Below, piece after piece: positions 9,332 through 17,388 of a stretch of DNA of 64,000 bases. The stretch lies in the NCBI GenBank assembly GCA_963675245.1, contig OY775910.1, positions 448,001-512,000 of the forward strand, written 5' to 3'. Under the pieces are notes generated by a model. It worked only from the letters and a program-made list of their open reading frames with translations, was not told the origin of the DNA and searched no databases. The first letter of the stretch is position 1; each line of letters begins with the position of its first letter. Both the position numbers and the translations under genes were made by a program. The DNA is from Acholeplasmataceae bacterium (GTDB lineage: Bacteria > Bacillota_I > Bacilli_A > Acholeplasmatales > Acholeplasmataceae).

Positions 9332-10813
9332 TCACTCCAGATTTTTAATAATTTCATTTATTTTTTTTACAAATTTATATGAGTCTTTAAATCCAGCTGT
9401 TATACTTGACAATTCTGAGATAGCAATAATTATTGCAAAAGTTTGCATTAGTTCAGATTCACCTTGTTTAAGTTTTTTAAATAGTTTAAGATTATTGTTA
9501 ATTCTAACGGAATATTGATTTTTTTCTATGGAGATAATTGATACATTTATCCATTCTTCATCTCTTTCGTTTTCATCACAATAACTAAGTAAAAATTGAT
9601 AATCTTGACCCTCATAACTAATTTCAAGTTTATGCATATCTTCTTCTAAAACTGAATTTACTGGAAGATCACCATCGTTTTGTTTATCGACTAAAACCGT
9701 CTTTTTGATCTGTTTTAGACTTTCAAATCTTTTATAATCTTTTTTAACCATGATTTGTTGTTTTTCTGCTGATAATCTGTTTTTTTTAGATTTTCTAAGC
9801 GAGCTAGCAATCTTTATAAATTTACTAATAATACTGTTATTTTTCAATTCAATAATAAACTTGTCTTGTAATCCATTGTTCCATGTAAAAGATCCCTTAT
9901 TAAAATCTACTGGCCATTCATTTAAATTAATTTCACCTACGATTCTCTGATATGGAAATGAATTTGCTTTACCAAGCAAGAGTTCAGGTCTATAATTGCT
10001 TACAATAATTCTGTCCTGCTTGAGTAGAGAAAATCCAGCCTTACCATTTTTTGATGTATCTGCCGTGTGTAAAATACCTATCCATCCGAAATATTCATAT
10101 CTTTTTCCACCAAATGTTAATTCACCTTCGAAATCTTGGAGAAATTCCGATCCATCTTCATTGATCCATAGTTGAGGTGGTTCATACTTAACCGATTGAT
10201 TTGGATAAAAATTAATTTCTAGTTCTTCGTTACCTAAATAAATATGATAAATTTTTGACAAGGCTTCCATTAATAATATTTTTTCTTTATTTGTGATTTT
10301 TACAATTAGATTTCTTATTGTGATTTTTGAATAGTGTTCATTTGGTAATACAGTGTCATCAATTTGTGCGATTACTATTTTACTGTTCTTTTTCAATAAT
10401 TCCTCATTTATAGTAGCTGTGTATTTTTCTGAATTTCCAAGCATTGTTGTCTCGATTGTATATTCATATCCTAAAGATATCGCTGCATATTTTAAGCCCA
10501 TACCAAATTCACCCAAACTGTTTTCTGGATATTCTTTATTTTTCTCATTGAGAGTTAATGCTCGTTTAAATGCTTCTAAATTCATGCCGTATGCATTATC
10601 AGAAATAGAAATCTCATCTTTGCTAATTGTTATCAATACAACACATTTATCGATACCAAGTTCTTTTAATTTTATATTATTTTCCTTCGTACGAAAACTT
10701 TGTAAAGAATTATCAATAAATTCTTTGAAAATGTTTTCTAACTTCAATTGATTTCTTTGAAATTGTAGTTGAATACTTGTTCCAACTTCAATATTTATTT
10801 TTTCTTGTCTCAT
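9332..10813 (-). CDS. MORC/MutL-like GHKL ATPase
   Basis: KEFIDNS (N-box), ISDNAYGM (G1), LGEFGMGLK (G2); later RIVGEINL...VDFNK of the S5-like domain. Confidence 0.88.
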   Translation of the reverse strand: MRQEKINIEVGTSIQLQFQRNQLKLENIFKEFIDNSLQSFRTKENNIKLKELGIDKCVVLITISKDEISISDNAYGMNLEAFKRALTLNEKNKEYPENSLGEFGMGLKYAAISLGYEYTIETTMLGNSEKYTATINEELLKKNSKIVIAQIDDTVLPNEHYSKITIRNLIVKITNKEKILLMEALSKIYHIYLGNEELEINFYPNQSVKYEPPQLWINEDGSEFLQDFEGELTFGGKRYEYFGWIGILHTADTSKNGKAGFSLLKQDRIIVSNYRPELLLGKANSFPYQRIVGEINLNEWPVDFNKGSFTWNNGLQDKFIIELKNNSIISKFIKIASSLRKSKKNRLSAEKQQIMVKKDYKRFESLKQIKKTVLVDKQNDGDLPVNSVLEEDMHKLEISYEGQDYQFLLSYCDENERDEEWINVSIISIEKNQYSVRINNNLKLFKKLKQGESELMQTFAIIIAISELSSITAGFKDSYKFVKKINEIIKNLE

Positions 10814-10815
10814 AT

Positions 10816-12021
10816 TTACACTCCTTTGTTATTGTCGATATAATTTATAAACTGTTCAAAAACATTATAAATAACATCCACATTTACTGCATTTCCAAGC
10901 ATTCTATAAATGTCTTTGCCTACACTATCATACTTAAATGAAGTAGGAAAACTTTGAAGTCTCAAGGCTTCAATCGGTGTAATATACCGTTTAAATTTTC
11001 CAATAATAGGAATATGTGCCATTGCAACTAATGTTGGTGAATAATCAGGCTTTTTAACACGCACCCCAGATGGCCTAAATTGTATAATGCCTTCATAAAC
11101 CGATTTAATTGCTGTACCAGCCTGCCATTCAAATTTTCTTTGAGTTTTTTTAAATTGAGCAATATTATGTTTGATATACCAACCATCAATAAATTTTTTA
11201 TTATCGTAGTATAGTTTTCTATTTTTCATTATAAATATTTGTTTCCACTTGGGTAAATGTTCAATATCGTAAGTGAGTTTGAATTCATCTGACCAAATCG
11301 GAAATCCAATTATTTTCTTGTTTATATGTTTATAAAAATCATCCCATGCATCTAACACTTTTTGTTCATATTCATTTATACCGTATTCTAACATGATTTT
11401 TTGTGTGTTTTTCTGATAATATTCGGATATTTTCGTTGTTGGCGATAATTTTTTAACATTGAAATTTAATTCATCTGAAAAAACATCGCTATCAACAGCA
11501 AGTATAATTGCTCTATCTCTCAATTGTGGTATATCAAAATCAATTGGTTTTAATATGATTGGTTTTTTAATAGTGTTATATCCAAGCTCAACCAAAGTCT
11601 GATAGATAGTTTTCCATGTATTTCCATTGTCATGGGATTCTAAGTTTCTTACATTTTCTAATATTAGTATTTTTGGTTTATAACCATTTTGAGTTTTTTC
11701 TCTAATAATTCGCTCTATTTGAAAAAATAATGTCCCTCTTGTATCATTAAAGCCGTTTTGTTTGCCTGCTTTAGAAAATGGTTGGCATGGAAAACCAGCG
11801 CACAATACATCAAAATCATCCATATTTTTAGTGATTATAGTTTTGATGTCATTGTTACTATTTTGATTAAAATTTATTTTATATAAAGCGACTGCGTTCT
11901 TATTAATTTCAGACGCTAAAACACATATAGCTTCTTTATCGTATTTGTTCATAGCAAAATGAAACCCACCGATTCCGGCAAATAAATCTATAAATTTAAA
12001 TTTTTTCGGTAAAACGCTCAT
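10816..12021 (-). CDS. dcm: DNA (cytosine-5)-methyltransferase
   Basis: FIDLFAGIGG (I), AGFPCQPFS (IV), ENV (VI), PQLRDR (VIII), RLQSFP (IX), LGNAVNV (X). Confidence 0.95.
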   Translation of the reverse strand: MSVLPKKFKFIDLFAGIGGFHFAMNKYDKEAICVLASEINKNAVALYKINFNQNSNNDIKTIITKNMDDFDVLCAGFPCQPFSKAGKQNGFNDTRGTLFFQIERIIREKTQNGYKPKILILENVRNLESHDNGNTWKTIYQTLVELGYNTIKKPIILKPIDFDIPQLRDRAIILAVDSDVFSDELNFNVKKLSPTTKISEYYQKNTQKIMLEYGINEYEQKVLDAWDDFYKHINKKIIGFPIWSDEFKLTYDIEHLPKWKQIFIMKNRKLYYDNKKFIDGWYIKHNIAQFKKTQRKFEWQAGTAIKSVYEGIIQFRPSGVRVKKPDYSPTLVAMAHIPIIGKFKRYITPIEALRLQSFPTSFKYDSVGKDIYRMLGNAVNVDVIYNVFEQFINYIDNNKGV

Positions 12022-12023
12022 TA

Positions 12024-12521
12024 TTAAGCACCTAATGCACTTTCATTAAATTTCATGTAGTCTTTCAAAATTATATTAAAATTAAACTTATCTGAAAGCC
12101 AAATTTTTTGCTTAAAATCAGTTGTTATAGTATATCCTTTATTGAACGTTTGAAATATATTATTTACATGAACATAACAAGATCTATTTTTCTTGTGATT
12201 ACCAAAATTATAAATGTTCCAAAATATAAAAATATCTTTACTATAAAGAGAGTCTACACCAATAATCATGCTTGTGTTTGAGTGTCCCGACGCAATAACA
12301 CTATCTATATCAAACCCTTTGATTTGTACTCTTCTTATGTCCGGCTTATTAGACCATCCACTACCACTAACAGTTCTTATAAAAGCATAAATAGTATAAT
12401 GGTTTATTTTGTCGATTTCAATTTTGTAAAATCCTTCATTTGTTCTATTGAAATTAATAATGCTGAAACCCGAACATAATATAGCTTCTTTAATTTTATC
12501 AATATTGTTTTGCTTCTTCAT
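12024..12521 (-). CDS. Small methylase-associated protein (MTaX1-like)
   Basis: FIRTVSGSGWSNKPDIRRVQI...MIIGV...DIFIFWN...RSCYV resembles, from memory, the methylase-associated X1 domain; lies directly upstream of the MTase. Confidence 0.5.
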   Translation of the reverse strand: MKKQNNIDKIKEAILCSGFSIINFNRTNEGFYKIEIDKINHYTIYAFIRTVSGSGWSNKPDIRRVQIKGFDIDSVIASGHSNTSMIIGVDSLYSKDIFIFWNIYNFGNHKKNRSCYVHVNNIFQTFNKGYTITTDFKQKIWLSDKFNFNIILKDYMKFNESALGA

Positions 12522-14612
12522 TTACACTATCACATACTTTTTCACTATATTAAGTATATCCTCTCCAAAATTGTTAATTGAGAATGATTTCATACCACAA
12601 TCGTTTCGTAACGACGACAATGTTTTAGGCTTATAAAAATTTATTTTTGATCTTTGATTATTTGTAAAAATATGATAGGCTTCGACTTTCCCTTGATATT
12701 CTCTATATTTATTTCTTCGATATTCAGTCAATTCTTGTGACAGTCCCGGTTTATATTCATTAAATATTTTTATATCCGACAAAAATCCAACTTCATTTTC
12801 ATTCTCACATAAAAAATATTTATCAAAATAATTTTTATGAGAAACACTTGTTGTCCAATATTTATTTATCAGATTCGTAAGTTTGGGTATTACCGTTCGA
12901 TAATAGTATGTATCATTCTTTGTAAAATTAGAGTATGCATAATTCGGATAAAGATTTTTAAAGAATCTATATGCTTCAATTACATAATTATCATATAAAA
13001 AATCAAAGAATTCATATGCAATTTCCCTTTCGCTTATTATATTTGAATTTTTAAATATTGCTAGTTTTCCGATATCATTTTGTGATATCTTTAGTTTAAA
13101 ATCAGAATCTTCTACAAAATCGTGTTTTATTGATAATCCAGAAATCAATTTATAGAAATCTTTATTAAAATAAATTTTTACTATAAATCCAAAAATAGCT
13201 AAAAAGAGAAAAAATCCATTTCTTGCCAACCCATTCTTATCTGCATTTGTTTCTATTCTTTGTACTCTGAGTTTCCATTTATAAAATCCTACTTTAAAAT
13301 GTTGCAATACTAATAGTAAAAGTGTATTGTATTCATTTTTGTAAATAATATCATAATAACTATCATTTGATAACATTCTAGATTTACTATTTCTTGCTAT
13401 CCCTGGGTGTTGATAAATAAAGGAAAAAAGCATCTGCCCAATTTCATCATTTTTAGCGTTTTGCCATTTCTCGTGATATATACTTCTGTTGATTTTTTCT
13501 CCTCTCTTCACTTGTACATAAACTCCTACTTTTTTAAGTTGATATTGTAGTTTTTTTTGTTCTATCCTGTTAGCAATTATATCCTTCATATTTATTGGTT
13601 TCTGTGTATTGCTTGTTTCAGCTACTTTGCTTAAAAATTCCAGATTTTCATCTTTATTTTCATACTTAGTTTTTATAATTTTACACACTACTGAAAAATC
13701 CTCTGAAAACAAAGAATTTCCGATTAAATTAGTCGTTTGTCCACCATTAACTATTGAAAAATTAATCAATTCAATTTTATTTTGCTTTATTTTGTAATCA
13801 TCACAAGTGATTATGATTCCATTGTTAAAATACCAAAATTTTTCAGGTTCATTTAAAATACTATCTTTAATGTTTTTGTCAATTTTTGATGATTTAACGT
13901 AATACCTAAGATTATTAGAAAACAAACCAGTTGTTCCATAATTAATGAATAAATCTTTTAATGAAGTAGCTAAAATAGATGTCACAATTGATTTTTCATT
14001 TCCATGAAAAAACAATTGACCAGCTGAACTCATAGTAACGACTCCAGATTTAACATTCATGTTTGGACTATCTATATCAGATACAATTTCTTCTATATCA
14101 TCACGAAAAAAGATTAGATAATTTAAATTTTCAAGTTTGCTTTTAAAGTTTGTTACTAATTCTTTGATTTCAGATTTTATTTCCGGTTTTATTATCAAAT
14201 CACATAAAAGTATAATTTGCATTCTAGATTCATCTGAAATGTTTTTATCCATAAGTATGCTTCGAATTTCATTTTTTTCAAAAGATTTATGTCCACTAAA
14301 TAAACTAGCATAAAAATGATCAATATTTTGTATATAGTTTCGAATGTTATCTAAAATAAAATCTTCAATTAAAATATCCAGAACTTTTATGATATCAATG
14401 TTTCCAATCTCAGATTCTTCTTCTTCTCCAATACCATCCAAATATTCATATTCGTATATATTATCTAATAAATTATCAATACGAGTTTCGTCTGCATTAT
14501 AATACTCATAAAACATGTAGATTTTCACAATCGTACTTTTATCGTCGGTTTTAAGTATTAAATTGTTTTCCTTGTAAATTTGATTTAATCTTTCTATTGC
14601 TTTTTCTAACAC
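12522..14612 (-). CDS. AIPR family protein with C-terminal HRDC domain
   Basis: LFSNNLRYY, EPEKFWYFNNGIIITC, SIVNGGQTT, SNTQKPI (AIPR); C-terminal LTEYRR...AYHIFTN...KPKTLSSL...GM...FGEDILNIV (HRDC); GTG start with GGGAGG RBS. Confidence 0.88.
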   Translation of the reverse strand: MLEKAIERLNQIYKENNLILKTDDKSTIVKIYMFYEYYNADETRIDNLLDNIYEYEYLDGIGEEEESEIGNIDIIKVLDILIEDFILDNIRNYIQNIDHFYASLFSGHKSFEKNEIRSILMDKNISDESRMQIILLCDLIIKPEIKSEIKELVTNFKSKLENLNYLIFFRDDIEEIVSDIDSPNMNVKSGVVTMSSAGQLFFHGNEKSIVTSILATSLKDLFINYGTTGLFSNNLRYYVKSSKIDKNIKDSILNEPEKFWYFNNGIIITCDDYKIKQNKIELINFSIVNGGQTTNLIGNSLFSEDFSVVCKIIKTKYENKDENLEFLSKVAETSNTQKPINMKDIIANRIEQKKLQYQLKKVGVYVQVKRGEKINRSIYHEKWQNAKNDEIGQMLFSFIYQHPGIARNSKSRMLSNDSYYDIIYKNEYNTLLLLVLQHFKVGFYKWKLRVQRIETNADKNGLARNGFFLFLAIFGFIVKIYFNKDFYKLISGLSIKHDFVEDSDFKLKISQNDIGKLAIFKNSNIISEREIAYEFFDFLYDNYVIEAYRFFKNLYPNYAYSNFTKNDTYYYRTVIPKLTNLINKYWTTSVSHKNYFDKYFLCENENEVGFLSDIKIFNEYKPGLSQELTEYRRNKYREYQGKVEAYHIFTNNQRSKINFYKPKTLSSLRNDCGMKSFSINNFGEDILNIVKKYVIV

Positions 14613-14622
14613 ATTAGCCTCC

Positions 14623-16506
14623 CTAGAAATTTTTAGTGATCATATTTTTGTCATTAAAATGGATATTTAGTAGATATTTTTTAAAATCTATATTCTCACA
14701 ATATACAAAACATCCCTTTTGTGCTCTAGATAATAAAGTTTTATATGTATTTCTAATTATTCTATCTGCAAATTCATAATTTTTAGTTGTTTTGATACCT
14801 TTTAGACTTTGATCTGTCTTAGCTCGTTTTGTAAAATCCGTTTGTACTTTGCCATCTTTGTATATCATATCTTTTCCGATAATTATACCTACATAATCAA
14901 ATTCTAGTCCTTGAGATGTATGTATACATCCAACCTGATCAAACGATGATTTATCGATTGCCCATGTATTTGTATCATTAAAATTCCATTTTGCTTTAAA
15001 TCCGTTTTCTAACTCTATATCATAAACATCATCATGTTTATTCTTTTTAGTAATCCACTCATAACAATATCCAGCAATCATTCTTGCCTTGTTGTTTATT
15101 TCATTTAATTCTCGTAAGTCTTCTCTCATTTTGACTGGGTCATCATAAACTCGAAAATCATAATCCATTTCAAATCCATCAAAGTTAGCTGTTTCTCTTA
15201 TGCCTAACAAGTTGTCAAGAAATGAAATATAACCTTCGCTACCATTGCATCTAAATTGAGATGATAGTTTAAAATCATCGCCAGATAAGACTTTGCTTCC
15301 TAATTTTTTTGCTTGCTTCTTTATTTCATTAATTGAACCGAAGTCTTTCGTCGTAACGATCTGATCTTCATCAATAAAGAAGACACTTACGCGAGCAGCA
15401 TTAATTAATTCTTTGATTTGATTTTCACCTTTATTTGCGAACAATCCTGATCTTTCATTTAATCTATGTGCCTCATCTATAACGATACAATCATAATCAT
15501 TTTTCTTAGAATCAATAAATGCCCCTGATCCCTTGAATAAATTTTTAACATAACTTTGCTTGTAGTTGCCCTGCATCATTTTAGCAAAATACACATTCCT
15601 TGGCGCTGCGTTCTTAGTGACATAATTAACATTCAAATGTTTGAATTCTGCAAGTAAATTGATAGCTATGACACTTTTGCCAGTTCCTGGTCCACCCTCA
15701 ATGATAATTGTATATTTCTCATCGTTTTTTTCTGCAAGCTCAATAACCTTTTTGACGGTTGAGAATACTACTTTTTGTTCATCAATCATATAGAACTCTG
15801 GATTACCTTCAATCATTGAAACTATTGCGTCTTGTAATGCTTTTGAAGGTTTAATTCTTCCATGCTCTATTTCATAGATGGTTTTACCTTGATCAGACTT
15901 CTTAACATATCTTTTGATGAATTCACGCAATTTTAATACGTCAGTTTTAATAAACATTGGTGCTAATTTAATTGCAGTTTCATATAAACTGTTGTCTAAT
16001 TCAACTCTATATTCTTCTTTATAGTTATGTAAAAAACTACATGGATGTAGTTCGATTTTATTTTGTTGGACATACTCATTATAATTTTCAATTGTTTTTG
16101 CATAGGAGTATGCTTGATAAGATGGATGAGTTGTTGGCCGAATGGCACCAGCTAGATAGGTAGTTACTAAATCTTCTCTACTTGTTTTTTCGGCTTGTTC
16201 CCATTGTTTAAGTTCAATAATAACGACTTGCTGATTATTGTTTTCATCTAAACCACTAACAATAAAATCAACTCTCTTAGATGTAGTTGGTATTTGATAT
16301 TCTATAGATACATGTATATCTTGAGATATTTCAGGATCACTTAATGCATTTTTCATATGTAGTAAAGAAGCATCAAATGCATGATATTGACTGAGATTCA
16401 CACCACCAATGTGTCTTTTACGCATCTCTTCAACTATTAAATCTGCAATTATTCCACGATCAACATCTTTATTAAATTGTGCTATTTCTCCCGAATATAC
16501 AATCAA
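14623..16506 (-). CDS. DUF2075 / Schlafen group-3 nuclease-helicase
   Basis: IEYQIPTTSKRVDF...IIELKQW nuclease part; HPSYQA; GGPGTGKS; IDEAHRL; QFRCNGS; VGCIHTSQGLEFDY; TTG start at 16506 after AGGGGT. Confidence 0.9.
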   Translation of the reverse strand: MIVYSGEIAQFNKDVDRGIIADLIVEEMRKRHIGGVNLSQYHAFDASLLHMKNALSDPEISQDIHVSIEYQIPTTSKRVDFIVSGLDENNNQQVVIIELKQWEQAEKTSREDLVTTYLAGAIRPTTHPSYQAYSYAKTIENYNEYVQQNKIELHPCSFLHNYKEEYRVELDNSLYETAIKLAPMFIKTDVLKLREFIKRYVKKSDQGKTIYEIEHGRIKPSKALQDAIVSMIEGNPEFYMIDEQKVVFSTVKKVIELAEKNDEKYTIIIEGGPGTGKSVIAINLLAEFKHLNVNYVTKNAAPRNVYFAKMMQGNYKQSYVKNLFKGSGAFIDSKKNDYDCIVIDEAHRLNERSGLFANKGENQIKELINAARVSVFFIDEDQIVTTKDFGSINEIKKQAKKLGSKVLSGDDFKLSSQFRCNGSEGYISFLDNLLGIRETANFDGFEMDYDFRVYDDPVKMREDLRELNEINNKARMIAGYCYEWITKKNKHDDVYDIELENGFKAKWNFNDTNTWAIDKSSFDQVGCIHTSQGLEFDYVGIIIGKDMIYKDGKVQTDFTKRAKTDQSLKGIKTTKNYEFADRIIRNTYKTLLSRAQKGCFVYCENIDFKKYLLNIHFNDKNMITKNF

Positions 16507-16831
16507 TGTGCTACCCCTTTTATAGAACAAATAACGACAAATTGTCGCTATGAATCCCCCAACATGAATAAAGCCTAGAAATTCTATAGCAATATCCCGA
16601 TTTATGTCTGCTTTAATATATATTTTACTCTATTTTGATCAATAATCAAAGTTTATTTAGATATAGTCAATAAATCTTAAGTTTTTTTTGAAAAATCACA
16701 AATCAGAAATAATCTTTAAGTAATTTGTTTCCATTTTGAATTGGTACATATATCTTTATATTATACATGTATATTTTTATCTTTTTTATCTGTTCAGTAC
16801 TATAATGAAAGTGAACAAAGGAGATGATTAA

Positions 16832-17353
16832 ATGAGCTTATTTGAGACGATTCCATATGAAACATTAATGAAAGATAAAGCCATTGAAATCAGAGCGTAT
16901 GACGACATCCTATTAGCGAGTACAAAATCATCCATTAATAAACATTATGATAATGGTTTTATGAATGTATTCAATTATATTTCTGGTGAAAATGATCAAT
17001 CTAAAAAGATCTCAATGACCACGCCTGTTGTTTCTTACGAGGATAAGAATCAACTCATCACTGGATTCTACGTGCCTAAAAAATATAACAAAGAAAATGT
17101 CCCTATACCAAACGCTGAAAATGTGTTTATTGATGAGATTGAACAATCACTATATGCGGTGATACGCTTTAGAGGTTCATGGAAAAAAGAACGGTTTGAT
17201 AAAAAAGAAAAAGAGTTAAGAGATTACTTAAACGAACATCATTATAAGATCTTATCTTCTCGTTATCTCTTCCGTTATCAACCACCGTTTATTCCAGGGA
17301 TATTCCGCCATAATGAAATCGCGTTTAAAGTGGATAAGAAAAATGTGGATTGA
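16832..17353 (+). CDS. SOUL heme-binding family protein
   Basis: ETIPY...IEIRAY, GFMNVFNYISGEN...KISMTTPV, YQPPF...RHNEI. Confidence 0.85.
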   Translation: MSLFETIPYETLMKDKAIEIRAYDDILLASTKSSINKHYDNGFMNVFNYISGENDQSKKISMTTPVVSYEDKNQLITGFYVPKKYNKENVPIPNAENVFIDEIEQSLYAVIRFRGSWKKERFDKKEKELRDYLNEHHYKILSSRYLFRYQPPFIPGIFRHNEIAFKVDKKNVD

Positions 17354-17375
17354 CATATGTCTTTCCACATTTTTT
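17339..17375. terminator. Bidirectional intrinsic terminator between the SOUL gene and the Mbx operon
   Basis: AAAAATGTGGA...TCCACATTTTT inverted repeat between convergent genes. Confidence 0.7.
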
Positions 17376-17388
17376 ATACGATGACTTC

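Noticed and set aside
1..16800. Island as a prophage, ICE or transposon
   Set aside because: No integrase, transposase, relaxase or phage gene, and no flanking direct repeats were recognised; the left boundary is outside the window.
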